DNA of 64,000 nt, from NCBI GenBank assembly GCA_041483195.1, contig JBGPFC010000009.1:52177-116176 (forward strand), written 5' to 3'. This document shows, piece after piece, positions 30,727 to 42,615 of the stretch. The notes beneath the pieces are model-generated. The model saw only the letters and a list, made by a program, of their open reading frames with translations, did not search any database and was not told the origin of the DNA. Position 1 is the first letter of the stretch; each line of letters opens with the position of its first letter. Source of the stretch: Candidatus Eiseniibacteriota bacterium. Its GTDB lineage: Bacteria > Eisenbacteria > RBG-16-71-46. Both the position numbers and the translations under genes were made by a program.

Positions 30727-31982
30727 ACGGCGAGCGCCGGGGCGGCATCCTCCGCGCCAGCATCCGCGGCGCGCGCTTCGATCCAGGCGATGACATCGTC
30801 GGCGACGAATCGGAACCGCGTCGGAATGCGCAGTCCGCGGGCGGTGACCTCGAGACGCCCGACGCGGCAGGCATGCTCGAGCGCCACGCCGTACCGGCGC
30901 GTCACGGCGCGCCACGCGTCGGGTGCGTGATCGCGCGCTTCGATCCCGCACTCGAGGCGCAGGCCCAGCATCACGATCTCCTGCGCGATCGTGCGATCGC
31001 TCTCGGACTCGCGCTCCGCCTCGGGCCGCGTGCCGGATTCGAGCGCGTCCGCCCAGCGCTCGAGCGCGTAGTGGTTGCCGTAGCGGACGCCCCGCGCCAT
31101 TCCGTGCGCGGAGGGACCGAGCGCCACGCAGGGACGCCGCAACCAGTACACCAGATTGTGACGGCATTCCGCCCCGGGCCGGGAGAAGTTCGACGTCTCG
31201 TAGCATGCGTAGCCGCGCGCGGCGAGCCGGGCGTCGAGCGCCGAGTACGAAGCGGCCTGCGCTTCGGGCGACGGCAGGGTGCGCGAGCCGCGCAGCACCT
31301 GGTTGCCGAGCGGCGTGCCCGCCTCGGGGATGAAGCAGTATGCGGAGAGATGTTCGGGTTCGAGCGCGAGCGCCGTCTCGACGGTGCGTTCCCAGCGTGC
31401 CGGCGAGTGATCGGGAAATCCGAACATGAGATCGAGCGACAGCCGTCGGAACCCGTGCGCTCGCGCCAGCGCGAACGCCTCCGCCGGGCGGCCCGCGGAG
31501 TGAATCCGCCCCAGCGCCTCGAGCTCCTCCGGAACGAAACTCTGCGCACCCATCGAGAGACGGTTGACGCCGGCGCCGGCCCACGCCTCGAGCAGCGATT
31601 CCCGCACGGATTCGGGATTCGCCTCGAGCGTGATCTCTGCGTCGCGCTCGATGGTGAAATTCGCGCGCAGCGCGCCCGCGATCCGGACGAAGTGGCGGGC
31701 GGCGAGCGCGGACGGGGTGCCGCCGCCGAAGAAGACGGAGCTGAATCGCATGCCGGCGGCATCCGGGGCGCGCATCTCGATCTCGCGCTCGAGCGCATCG
31801 AGATACCGCGTGAGCGCGGCGGACGACAGCGAGCCGCTCGAGAAGTCGCAATACGCGCAACGCGTCGCACAGAACGGAACGTGCACGTAGAGGCCGGTCC
31901 GGGCCGCCTCGCGCGCCGGCCTCCCCGGGCCGTGGCCGGCCGCGGGCCGCTTCAGCGGATGGGCTGGAGGAGACGGTTCCAT
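30723..31982 (-). CDS. hemW: Radical SAM heme chaperone HemW
   Basis: LYVHVPFCATRCAYCDF, FGGGTPS, YETSNF, HNLVYW; start approximate. Confidence 0.93.
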   Translation of the reverse strand: MEPSPPAHPLKRPAAGHGPGRPAREAARTGLYVHVPFCATRCAYCDFSSGSLSSAALTRYLDALEREIEMRAPDAAGMRFSSVFFGGGTPSALAARHFVRIAGALRANFTIERDAEITLEANPESVRESLLEAWAGAGVNRLSMGAQSFVPEELEALGRIHSAGRPAEAFALARAHGFRRLSLDLMFGFPDHSPARWERTVETALALEPEHLSAYCFIPEAGTPLGNQVLRGSRTLPSPEAQAASYSALDARLAARGYACYETSNFSRPGAECRHNLVYWLRRPCVALGPSAHGMARGVRYGNHYALERWADALESGTRPEAERESESDRTIAQEIVMLGLRLECGIEARDHAPDAWRAVTRRYGVALEHACRVGRLEVTARGLRIPTRFRFVADDVIAWIEARAADAGAEDAAPALAV

Positions 31983-32566
31983 CGAGGCCAGTTCCGGGTG
32001 GCGTCCCACGACCAGTAGATGAACATCGCGTGGCCCTTCACCAGGTCCATCTGGAGCGGACCCCAGTAGCGGCTGTCGTTCGAGTTGTCGCGGTTGTCGC
32101 CCATCATGAACAGCTCGCCGGCCGGAACCGTGTAGGGGCCGTAGTTGTCGCGAAACTCGAAGCCCGCCGGACGCACGGTGGGATCGGTGTGGATGGTGTA
32201 CGGCTCGTTCAGCTTCTCGCCGTCCACCGCGACCTGCTTGTCGACGACTTGGAGAGTTTGATTGCCGGTCGCGATGCAGCGCTTGATGAAGTCCTTGCTC
32301 GGATCCTGCGGAAACTGGAAGACGATGACGTCGCCCCGATGCGGCGCGCGCAGCCCCGGCAGCCGGACATGCGTGAAGGGGATCTTGGGCCCGAACTCGA
32401 ACTTGTTCACGAACAGGAAATCGCCGACCAGCAGCGTGTCGCGCATGGACTCCGACGGGATTCGAAACGCCTGGATCACGAACGCTCGGAGGAACAGCGT
32501 GAGCACGAGCGCCCACAGCCCGGCCTCGACGTACTCGCGCAGGATGGAACGGGATTTCGACGCCAT
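31952..32566 (-). CDS. lepB: Signal peptidase I
   Basis: IPSESM, FIKR, MGDNRDNSNDSRYWG. Confidence 0.97.
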   Translation of the reverse strand: MASKSRSILREYVEAGLWALVLTLFLRAFVIQAFRIPSESMRDTLLVGDFLFVNKFEFGPKIPFTHVRLPGLRAPHRGDVIVFQFPQDPSKDFIKRCIATGNQTLQVVDKQVAVDGEKLNEPYTIHTDPTVRPAGFEFRDNYGPYTVPAGELFMMGDNRDNSNDSRYWGPLQMDLVKGHAMFIYWSWDATRNWPRWNRLLQPIR

Positions 32567-32575
32567 GGGTCTCCT

Positions 32576-34384
32576 CTATCGCTCGACCTTGAGCACCGCC
32601 AGGAACGCTTCCTGGGGCACTTCGACCGTGCCGATCTGCTTCATGCGGCGCTTGCCCTCTTTTTGTTTCTCGAGCAGCTTGCGCTTGCGGGTGATGTCGC
32701 CTCCGTAGCACTTGGCGGTGACGTTCTTCCGGATGGCGCCCTGGGTCTCGCGCGCGATGATCTTGCTTCCGATCGCCGCCTGGATCGCCACCTGGAACAT
32801 CTGTTTCGGAATCAGCTCCTTGAGCTTGGCGCACAGGTCGCTGCCCCAGGCGTACGCCTTGTCGCGATGGACGATGGTGGAAAGCGCGTCGACCGATTCG
32901 CCGTTCAGCAGGATGTCGATCTTCACCATCTCGCCCTCGCGGTATCCGTCGAATTCGTAGTCGAGCGACGCGTACCCGCGCGACACCGACTTGAGGCGAT
33001 CGTAGTAGTCGAGCACGATCTCGCCCAGCGGCAGGCGGTAGGCGACGCGGGCCCGCTTTTCCTCGAGATAGTCCAGGCTCACGTAGATGCCGCGCCGCTC
33101 CTGGCAGAGCTTCATGATGTTCCCCAGGTACTCGGCCGGCGTGAGCACGTGCGCGAGCACGTATGGCTCCTCGATCGCCGCGATCAGATTCGCGGCCGGC
33201 ATCTGGCTGGGGTTGTCGACCGTGACCAGCTCGCCGCTCTCGAGCAGCACGTGATACTCCACGCTCGGGGTGGTCGCGATCAGGTCGATCTGGTACTCGC
33301 GCCGCAGGCGCTCCTGGACGATCTCCATGTGGAGCAGCCCGAGGAAGCCGCAGCGGAACCCGAAGCCGAGCGCGACCGAAGTCTCCGGCTCGTAGATGAG
33401 AGCGGCGTCGTTGAGCACCAGCTTGCCGAGTGCCTCCTTGAGCGGCTCGTATTGCTCGGCTTCGATCGGGTAGAGTCCCGAGAACACCATCGGCTTCACT
33501 TCGCGGAACCCGGGGAGTGCCTCGATGCCTTCGGCGTCGGCGCCCCGCACCGTGTCGCCCACGCGCGCGTCGGCCACGCTCTTCACCCCGGCCACGATGT
33601 ACCCCACCTGCCCGGCGTGCAGCGTCTCGACCGGATCGAGCTTCAGGCGCAGGCGTCCCACCTCGGTCACCTCGTACCGCTTGCCAGTCGAGAGGAAGCG
33701 CACCGCGTCACCCGCCCGCACCGCGCCGTCCACCACGCGCACCAGCGCGACGACGCCGCGGTACTGATCGAACTTGGAATCGAAGATGAGCGCGCGCAGC
33801 GCGCCGTCCAGGTTTCCGTCCGGAGGCGGGATGTCGGCGATGACCTGCTCGAGCAGCTCCCCGACCCCGAGCCCGGTCTTGGCGCTGATGCGCAGCACGT
33901 GCTCGGCCGGAATGCCGGTGACGTGTTCGATCTCCAGCGCCACGTCGTCGGGACGCGCGACCGGCAGGTCGACCTTGTTGATCGCGCCCACCACCGCGAG
34001 CCCCTGCTCGCGCGCCAGGAGGTAGTTCGATAGCGTCTGGGCCTCGATGCCCTGCGAGGCGTCCACCACCAGGATGGCGCCCTCGCACGCGGCCAGGCTG
34101 CGCGACACTTCGTACGTGAAGTCGACGTGCCCCGGGGTGTCGATCAGATTGAGCTGGTAGGTGCGCCCATCTCGCGCCGGATACTCCATCGCGATCGCGT
34201 GCGACTTGATGGTGATCCCGCGCTCCCGCTCGAGGTCCATGTCGTCGAGCACCTGCGCCTTCATCTGTTGCGGGGTCAGCGTGTGGGTGAGCTCGAGCAG
34301 GCGGTCCGCGAGCGTGCTCTTCCCGTGATCGATGTGCGCCACGATGCAGAAGTTGCGGATCAGGGAGAGGCGCGGGTCCTTCAC
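32576..34384 (-). CDS. lepA: Elongation factor 4
   Basis: [38 protein letters not shown]. Confidence 0.98.
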   Translation of the reverse strand: MKDPRLSLIRNFCIVAHIDHGKSTLADRLLELTHTLTPQQMKAQVLDDMDLERERGITIKSHAIAMEYPARDGRTYQLNLIDTPGHVDFTYEVSRSLAACEGAILVVDASQGIEAQTLSNYLLAREQGLAVVGAINKVDLPVARPDDVALEIEHVTGIPAEHVLRISAKTGLGVGELLEQVIADIPPPDGNLDGALRALIFDSKFDQYRGVVALVRVVDGAVRAGDAVRFLSTGKRYEVTEVGRLRLKLDPVETLHAGQVGYIVAGVKSVADARVGDTVRGADAEGIEALPGFREVKPMVFSGLYPIEAEQYEPLKEALGKLVLNDAALIYEPETSVALGFGFRCGFLGLLHMEIVQERLRREYQIDLIATTPSVEYHVLLESGELVTVDNPSQMPAANLIAAIEEPYVLAHVLTPAEYLGNIMKLCQERRGIYVSLDYLEEKRARVAYRLPLGEIVLDYYDRLKSVSRGYASLDYEFDGYREGEMVKIDILLNGESVDALSTIVHRDKAYAWGSDLCAKLKELIPKQMFQVAIQAAIGSKIIARETQGAIRKNVTAKCYGGDITRKRKLLEKQKEGKRRMKQIGTVEVPQEAFLAVLKVER

Positions 34385-34989
34385 CAGCGGAACTCCAGGT
34401 TCAATCGCACGGCGTTCACCCCGGCGCCGCCCTCGGGCAGCGCGGGATCGTGCTCGAACTCGATCCTGAAATTGCGGAAGTGGGCGTCCACGTACGCGTC
34501 GAGCAGGGAATAGATGAGCACGCCCGCCACCATCCACTCGCGGGCGGTGAGCTGGTTGAGCCGGTCGTTGTACGCGGTGACCGCCGTGGCCTCGCGCTGC
34601 TCGTCGAGCGCGCGGCGCGCGGATTCGACGTCACGATTGAGCCGCCCCAGCGCGCGCTCGTCGTCCAGCATGCGGAGCCCCAGCGCCCCCTCCCCTCCCG
34701 CGACCGCGAGCGCCTTGAGCCACGCGCGATTATGCAGCTGCCCCCAGCCCGGAAACGCCAGCGAGCGCAGCATCACCCAGCGGGGCTGATCGAACCGCGA
34801 GCTTCGCGGCATCGCGGGCGCCTGCGATCCGGACCGCGGCGCCGGGGTCGGCCCGAGCCTCCGCGGGATCTCGATCACGCGGGCGTCCCTCCCGGCGAGG
34901 CTGTCGGCCATCGCGCTGTCGGGCGGCGCGGTGGATGGGGCGGGTTGTGCCAGCGCCCCGGACGCCGCGCACGCCGCGATCATGACCAT
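34381..34989 (-). CDS. Exported/membrane protein, DUF5683-like
   Basis: Signal-like N-terminus; [13 protein letters not shown] and [10 protein letters not shown] motifs; ends in aromatic W. Confidence 0.7.
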   Translation of the reverse strand: MVMIAACAASGALAQPAPSTAPPDSAMADSLAGRDARVIEIPRRLGPTPAPRSGSQAPAMPRSSRFDQPRWVMLRSLAFPGWGQLHNRAWLKALAVAGGEGALGLRMLDDERALGRLNRDVESARRALDEQREATAVTAYNDRLNQLTAREWMVAGVLIYSLLDAYVDAHFRNFRIEFEHDPALPEGGAGVNAVRLNLEFRW

Positions 34990-35010
34990 GGCGAGCGATC
35001 GCGGCAGGTT

Positions 35011-35108
35011 TGGCGGGAACGCGTGGGAATCGAACCCACCTCGGGCGCTCTGAACGCCCGACCGCAGGATTTGAAGTCCCCGGGGACCACCAGATCCCAT
35101 TCGTTCCC
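35011..35108 (-). tRNA. selC: tRNA-Sec(UCA)
   Basis: 98 nt; anticodon loop CTTCAAA, 6-bp D stem with TGGT loop, long variable arm, 8/5 acceptor-T fold, G discriminator plus CCA. Confidence 0.95.
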
Positions 35109-35136
35109 CCCCATCACACATGTGCCTCCAAGCATA

Positions 35137-35345
35137 CCCGCCGGGTGGCGTCATTCGGAGGGCGCGCCGGCTCGATCGAGGCGGCCGCGGTGCCCTCGCC
35201 CCCGGACGTCCCCGCCGGGCTCGGGCGTTTCAGGGACCGGAGCATGGGCCTCGTGAACACGAGACCCCCTCGCCGGCCAGGGCCGACACCACGCGACCCA
35301 GATTACTACCAGAGCCACCGTGCCCCCGCCACCACCGCAGGCGGG
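35137..35345 (-). ncRNA. Candidate 6S-like RNA (long irregular hairpin with central bubble)
   Basis: Nested pairings CCCGCC/GGCGGG, GGTGGTG/CGCCACC, GGCACGGTGGCTC/GAGCCGGCGCGCC; AU-rich bubble TGGTAGTAATCT; inner stem GGTCGCG..GTGTC/GGCACCGCGGCC; G-U wobbles favour the minus strand. Confidence 0.5.
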
Positions 35346-35378
35346 AGGACGTCATGCCCGTGGCCCGCGCACGGCGCC

Positions 35379-36434
35379 TCACGCGCGCTTCAGCTCGATC
35401 GCGCTCGCGCCGCGTCTCGACACCTCGCCCAGCTCCCTCACCCACACGCGCCTCCGTCTCAGCGCCTCGAGCAGCGCTGCGAGCCGGCGCCGCGGCACCG
35501 CGAGCAGGAGCCCGCCCGAGGTCTGCGGATCGTAGAGCGCTCGAATCAGGGGCTCCGCGAGATCGCCGTGCCCGACATCCCGCGCGTAGTAATCCCGGTT
35601 CCTGTCGAGGCCTCCCGGATAGACGCCGGCGGCCGCGAACTCGAGCACCCGGGGCAGCAGCCAGTTCCCGTGCGGACGCAGGTGAAAGCTCACGCCGCTC
35701 GCCATCGCCATCTGCTGCGCATGTCCGATCAGGCCGTAGCCGGTGACGTCGGTGGCCGCGCGCGCGCCGAACTCCACTGCGGCCTCGGCCGCCACCCGAT
35801 TCAGCACGGTCATCTGCCGGCTCACTCGCCGCGCGAGCGCTGCATCGAGCAGGCCCTGCTTGAGCGCCGTGGACAGCACTCCGGTTCCGAGCGGCTTCGT
35901 GAGCAGCAGGCGGTCGCCGGGCCGCGCGCCGGCGTTGGTGAGCAGCCGCCGCCGCTTCACGACGCCGGTCACCGCGTAGCCGAACTTGAGCTCGGGATCG
36001 CGAACCGAGTGGCCGCCGATCACGCTCGCTCCGGCCTCTCGCATCTTGTCCTGACCGCCGCGCAGGATCTCGGCAACGATCGTCCGCGGCAGGTCGTCCG
36101 GCAGGCACAGCACGCCGAGCGCCGTGAGCGGGCGGCCGCCCATCGCGTACACGTCGGAGAGCGCGTTGGCCGCCGCGACCTGGCCGAAGGCGTAGGGATC
36201 GTCCACCACCGGCGTGAAGAAATCGATGGTCTGCACCAGGGCTTCGCCCCGGCCGTGAGCGAATACGCCCGCGTCGTCGAGGGAAGACTGGTCCACCAGC
36301 ACGCGCCGATCGCGCCGCGCGTCTGCCAGCCCTTGAAGCGCCGTGCGCAGGTCCTCCGGACCCAGTTTGGAAGCTCAACCCGCACATGCCACGTGCGCCG
36401 TGAGCCTCACCTCGATGCGACGCCGTTCGGTCAC
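35379..36434 (-). CDS. selD: Selenophosphate synthetase, selenocysteine-containing (in-frame UGA at 36375-36377)
   Basis: RLTAHVACAG-U-ASKLGP N-terminal motif in frame with DDAGV, TIDFFTP, ANALSDVYAMGG, TDVTGYGL, DPQTSGGLL; next to selC. Confidence 0.95.
36349..36363 (-). promoter_or_regulatory. Putative SECIS hairpin of selD
   Basis: GGGTCC-GGA-GGACCT stem-loop starting 11 nt after the UGA. Confidence 0.65.
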
Positions 36435-36489
36435 CGGATCGAATTCCGAGGCGGGGCGGCGTCGAAGGCGGGTTCGGCCTGGACGAGAA

Positions 36490-36891
36490 TCAGAGGTCCC
36501 TTCCGGTTGCAATCGCGTCGATCTCGACGCGCGCGCCGCGTGGGAGTCCGGCCGCCGCGATGGTGGTGCGTGCCGGGGGCGCGCTCGGGAAATGCCGGGC
36601 GTACACCTCGTTCATGGCCTGAAATTCCTTCATGTCGGCCAGGTACACCGTGGTCTTCACCACGTCGGCGAGCGTGAGTCCCGCGCCCGCGAGCACCGCG
36701 GCCAGATTCGCGAGCACCTGCTCGGTCTGCGCCCCGACGTCCGCCCCTTTGAGCTCACCGGTCGCGGGGTCGAGTGCCACCTGCCCGGCGGTGAAGACCA
36801 GCCGCTGTCCGCCGTGCATGCGTACCACCTGCGCCTGGCTGTAAGGGCCGATCGCCCGGGGCGCGCCGTTCACGTTGAGCGGTGATTTCAT
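36490..36891 (-). CDS. ridA: RidA family reactive intermediate deaminase
   Basis: APRAIGPYSQA, AGQ, VVKTTVYL, PART, LPRGARVEI. Confidence 0.93.
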   Translation of the reverse strand: MKSPLNVNGAPRAIGPYSQAQVVRMHGGQRLVFTAGQVALDPATGELKGADVGAQTEQVLANLAAVLAGAGLTLADVVKTTVYLADMKEFQAMNEVYARHFPSAPPARTTIAAAGLPRGARVEIDAIATGRDL

Positions 36892-36910
36892 GTCTGGCCT
36901 CCGGCGCCCG

Positions 36911-38743
<1,833 letters not shown>

Positions 38744-38745
38744 GA

Positions 38746-40113
38746 TCAGACTTCCTTCCCGCCCGCGGGCGCGAGCGCCGCGCGGGCTTCGTCGATGAGC
38801 GATCGCGTGCGCGCCTCCGAAGGCGACTCCGCGATCAGGCGCACGACCGGCTCCGTCCCGGACGCGCGCACGTGCACCCATTCGTCCTGGCGGCTGAAAC
38901 GCAGGCCATCGGCGGTGTCGATGGCGTGCCCGGCGAATCGCTGGCGCAGCCGCGACGCCGTGACCTCCCACGGCTCTTCGGGACGCGCGGCCTTCTGCTT
39001 GATCATGCTGGTGCGAGGCAGCTCGTCCGCGAGCGCGCGCAGCGTGCCGCCGGAGGCCGCGAGCGCCTGCGCGACCAGCGCGACCGCGACCAGTCCATCG
39101 CGCCCGTAGTGCGCGGCGGGGACGATCATCCCGCCATTGCCTTCGCCGCCCGCGACCGCGCCGCGAGCGCGCATTTCGGTCACCACATGAGCCTCGCCCA
39201 CCGGGGAGCGGTAGAGCGGAACGCGGAATCGCGCACAAACAGCGTCCACTATAAGAGAGGTGGAGAGGTTTGTCACCACGGGGCCGCGGCGCCTGGCCAG
39301 CACCACCGCGGTGCCGAGCGCGAGCGTGTATTCCTCGCCGAGGGGGACGCCGAGCGCGTCCACGAAAGCCGCCCGGTCGGAATCCGGATCGAGTGCGACG
39401 CCGAAGTCCGCGCCATGCAGCTTCACCGCTTGCGACAGGGCGCCCAGGTGTTCGGGAAGCGGCTCGAGCTCGCGGGTGAATCGGCCATTGGGGACGCAAT
39501 CGAGCGCGATGACTTCGGCCCCGAGCCCAGTGAGCAGACGTGGCACCGCGACGCCGCCCACGCTCGCACAACCGTCCACCACGACGCGCAGCCGCCGGGC
39601 GCGGATCGCGGAGGGGTCCACGAACTCGAGCCCGAGGATGCGCTCGAGATGCCATTCGAGCGCCCCACCTTCCTGGCGCTCCGCGCCGAGCCGGTCGAAG
39701 GACTCCCAGAGCGTCGCGCCCGTCTCGTAGCGCTCACGCACTCCGCGCCCCGCCTCGGCGTCGAGAAACTCGCCGCGCGACGAGAGGAACTTGAGCGCGT
39801 TCCAGGGCGCGGGATTGTGGCTGGCGGTGAGGATGATGCCGCCCGCGGCGCGGAGATGTTCGACCGCGAGCTGCGTCGTGGGGGTGGTCGCGAGTCCGAG
39901 GTCGATGACGTCGCGACCCGCCGCCATGAGGCCGGCTGCGACCGCGCGATGCACCATCGGCCCCGAAGCGCGGGCGTCGCGTCCCACCACCACCTCGCCC
40001 GGGCCCAGCGCTCGCGCGAAGGCCGCCGCGAAACCCGACAGCACCGGTGGAGTCAGCGACTCCCCGACGATGCCGCGCACCCCCGCGACGCTGATCATGA
40101 GCGGAGCGATCAT
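38746..40113 (-). CDS. glmM: Phosphoglucosamine mutase / phosphohexomutase
   Basis: TASHNP, DPDSDR, GGEGNGG, RASGTEP; directly upstream of glmS. Confidence 0.88.
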   Translation of the reverse strand: MIAPLMISVAGVRGIVGESLTPPVLSGFAAAFARALGPGEVVVGRDARASGPMVHRAVAAGLMAAGRDVIDLGLATTPTTQLAVEHLRAAGGIILTASHNPAPWNALKFLSSRGEFLDAEAGRGVRERYETGATLWESFDRLGAERQEGGALEWHLERILGLEFVDPSAIRARRLRVVVDGCASVGGVAVPRLLTGLGAEVIALDCVPNGRFTRELEPLPEHLGALSQAVKLHGADFGVALDPDSDRAAFVDALGVPLGEEYTLALGTAVVLARRRGPVVTNLSTSLIVDAVCARFRVPLYRSPVGEAHVVTEMRARGAVAGGEGNGGMIVPAAHYGRDGLVAVALVAQALAASGGTLRALADELPRTSMIKQKAARPEEPWEVTASRLRQRFAGHAIDTADGLRFSRQDEWVHVRASGTEPVVRLIAESPSEARTRSLIDEARAALAPAGGKEV

Positions 40114-40229
40114 GAGATCGGTCTCGGCACTCCTCCCGAAGCGTTCCTGACGCGCGATGGGCCGATGGCCCGGGGTCGCCGGCATCGGCCCGTGACGTCC
40201 GGCCCCGCGGGCCGGACCACCTTGGAGAA

Positions 40230-40305
40230 TGGAGCTGGTGACCGGAATCGAACCGGTGACCCCTTCATTACGAGTGAAGTGCTCTACCAGCTGAGCTACA
40301 CCAGC
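40230..40305 (-). tRNA. tRNA-Thr(CGT)
   Basis: GCTGGTG acceptor, CTTCA-CTCGTAA-TGAAG, CCA encoded. Confidence 0.95.
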
Positions 40306-40378
40306 TCTTCAGGAGCGGGGCGGGGGTGAGCCGCGCCGGTTACGGTGTTCGCGGTGCGCCGCCCGCCCCGCAAGACAA

Positions 40379-40454
40379 TGGTGCGACCCCCCAGAATCGA
40401 ACTGGGGACACCCGCATTTTCAGTGCGGTGCTCTACCAACTGAGCTAGGGTCGC
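40379..40454 (-). tRNA. tRNA-Phe(GAA)
   Basis: GCGACCC acceptor, CCGCA-CTGAAAA-TGCGG, CCA encoded. Confidence 0.95.
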
Positions 40455-40502
40455 GCAGTTCCGGATGGCCCGCGCAGACGTGGGCCTTCGTGGCGCGGGA
40501 CA

Positions 40503-40530
40503 AGTATCACGCGCGCAGAATAGGCGTCAA
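40503..40530 (-). promoter_or_regulatory. sigma70-type promoter of tRNA-Phe/Thr
   Basis: TTGACG-16 nt-GATACT. Confidence 0.5.
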
Positions 40531-40647
40531 CCGCGTGCGGCGCGCGGCCCGGCGGCACGGAATGGGCGCCGTTCGCGCCACGGATTCCTCCGCGCGCGAC
40601 GCGACGCGGGCGGCGTGGCGTGGCGCCGAGGCCGGGCTCCCCGCCCC

Positions 40648-42549
40648 TCACTGCAGCGTGGCCTGCCCGCGGCGGTCCGGCCGCCGGTCGCGGCGATCCC
40701 CGCCCGCGCGGCGCCGATCCTGATTCTCGCGCACCGGCAGGGTGAGTGAGAACACCGTATTCCACTCGCCCTCGCTTCGCAGCCGGATCTCGCCGCCGTG
40801 CTCGCGCACCAGCTGCTGCGCCACACCGAGCCCGACGCCATCCGCGCCCGGGCGGGCGCTCGCGAACGGGACGAACAACTCCTCGAGCAACTCGCCGGGA
40901 TGCCGCGGGCCGTCGTGCGCGACATCGAGCACGACGAACTGCCCGGCCCTGCGAGATTCGACGCGGATCCGCCCTCCCACGGCGACGGCATCGAGCGCGT
41001 TGGAGAAGATGTTGTTGAGGACGCGCTGGACCCGCGCACGATCGAGCAGCAGCGGCGGCACATCGGGCGCGAGCTTCTTGAGGAGCCGGATGCGCCGCCG
41101 CACCAGCGTCTCCCCACACTGCTGCAGGGATTCCTGCACCAGCGCGTTCAGGCTGTCGAGCTGGAGCCGTGGCGGTTCCGCCGCCGCGAGCTCCAGCTGG
41201 CCGGACACCATCCGCTCGAGCCGGTCCGCCTCGCGCATGACGATCTCGAGATACTCGCGGTGCGGGTCGCTGCCCGCCAACTCGCGGTGGACGCGGCGCG
41301 CGAACGCGCCGATCGAAGCCAGCGGGTTGCGGGCCTCCTGCGCGACGCGTCTGGCCATCTCGCCCAGCGTGGCCAGTCGTTCCTGCCGGCGGATCCGTGC
41401 GCGCAGCTCGCGCTGCTGTTGCTCGGCGACACGCAGCGTCTCGAAGCGCTGCGCCTGATCGACGACCAGTGCCGTGAGATCGCAGAGGGTGTTGAGGAAC
41501 GCGTGATCGATGCGGTCGAACGCCGGCGGCTCAGCCGGGTGGAGCACGGTGCGATCGTAGACGGCGAACGCTCCCAGCGTCCGTCCGTACGCCACGAACG
41601 GCAGCAGCGCCACCGCCGAAAGCGTCCCGGCCACCTCGCCAGCGATTTCGGGAGCGTCCGCCGCGCACTCGATGGTGCGCGCCTTTCCGCTCGCGACCAC
41701 CGATTCCGCGATCGGTTGCAGCGCGCGGCCGAGCGTTTCGCGCCCGCCGGGGGCGCCGTGTGTCACCTCGAGCCGCAACGCACCGCCCGGTTGCGCGAGC
41801 CACAGGGCGCCGCCGCGCGCCGCGACTCCCTGGGTCGCGAGCCGCAGCGCGAGGCGCAGCGCCTCCGCGAGGTTGAGCGCCGAGACGCCGGCTCTGACCA
41901 GCTCACCGATCGCAGCGTCGTGTTGCGCGCGGCGCCTCGAATCGCCGCCGCGCGCGAGCGCGTCGGCACCGGCCTCCGCGAGCTGCCGCAGCTCATCGAG
42001 CGCGAATTGGCGGGTGTCGGTGCGCTCCGGATCATCCCACGCTCCCACCAGCAGCGCGTAGGGCCGGCCGGCGCGATACAGCACCGCCGCCCCCAGATCG
42101 CTTCCGTGCCACGGCAGCTCGGCATGGTCGCCCGGGCCGAGCGCCGTGCCGCCCCGGGTCCACGCCGCGGCGGGGACTCCCTGCAGCGCGGCGGGCGCGA
42201 TCGAGAAGGCCCGCCACCGCGAGCTGAACTCCACCGCCTCGGGTCTCGAGCCCGCCCGCCGCAGCTCGAGCAGTGCCGGCGCGAGGGGAAGCGCGGGGGT
42301 GATCTCCCTCGCCCAGCGCCAGCCCTCGAGACGATCGCTCGCCGCGTTCCAGAGCATCAGGTACGCGCGGCTGAATCCAGCGCCGGCGGGGTGTACCGCG
42401 ATCGCGAGCAGCGCCTGCTCCAGCTCGTCGAGGTCCTGCACGCGTTCGAGCAGACGCAGCAGTTCGAGACCATGCGTCAGGCGTTCGCTGCCCCCGGCAT
42501 CGACCCGCGCGCATGCGGATCTCGAGCTCGCGGGCATACGGATGTCCAT
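40648..42549 (-). CDS. GAF-domain sensor histidine kinase-like protein with degenerate H-box (pseudokinase)
   Basis: Two GAF-like regions; ERLATLGEMARRVAQEARNPL (Q at the His position), N box NALDA, eroded G1/F/G2 boxes; start approximate. Confidence 0.85.
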   Translation of the reverse strand: MDIRMPASSRSACARVDAGGSERLTHGLELLRLLERVQDLDELEQALLAIAVHPAGAGFSRAYLMLWNAASDRLEGWRWAREITPALPLAPALLELRRAGSRPEAVEFSSRWRAFSIAPAALQGVPAAAWTRGGTALGPGDHAELPWHGSDLGAAVLYRAGRPYALLVGAWDDPERTDTRQFALDELRQLAEAGADALARGGDSRRRAQHDAAIGELVRAGVSALNLAEALRLALRLATQGVAARGGALWLAQPGGALRLEVTHGAPGGRETLGRALQPIAESVVASGKARTIECAADAPEIAGEVAGTLSAVALLPFVAYGRTLGAFAVYDRTVLHPAEPPAFDRIDHAFLNTLCDLTALVVDQAQRFETLRVAEQQQRELRARIRRQERLATLGEMARRVAQEARNPLASIGAFARRVHRELAGSDPHREYLEIVMREADRLERMVSGQLELAAAEPPRLQLDSLNALVQESLQQCGETLVRRRIRLLKKLAPDVPPLLLDRARVQRVLNNIFSNALDAVAVGGRIRVESRRAGQFVVLDVAHDGPRHPGELLEELFVPFASARPGADGVGLGVAQQLVREHGGEIRLRSEGEWNTVFSLTLPVRENQDRRRAGGDRRDRRPDRRGQATLQ

Positions 42550-42599
42550 GCGCTCTCCCGAAGAAGTATGGATTGAGGCCGGCCCCCGACCCATTGCAG

Positions 42600-42615
42600 C
42601 GCAATGGACATGCCA
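42600..42615 (-). promoter_or_regulatory. sigma54 (-24/-12) promoter
   Basis: TGGCATGTCCATTGCG = GG-N10-GC, about 50 nt upstream of the kinase-like gene. Confidence 0.65.

Noticed and set aside
34381..35291. Possible second UGA read-through ORF (TGA at 35230 in frame with the DUF5683-like gene)
   Set aside because: It would run through the tRNA-Sec gene, has no redox motif or homology, and the region is better explained as structured RNA.
40113..40648. tRNA genes as prophage or island integration sites
   Set aside because: No integrase, no duplicated tRNA 3' end, and flanking genes are core genes.
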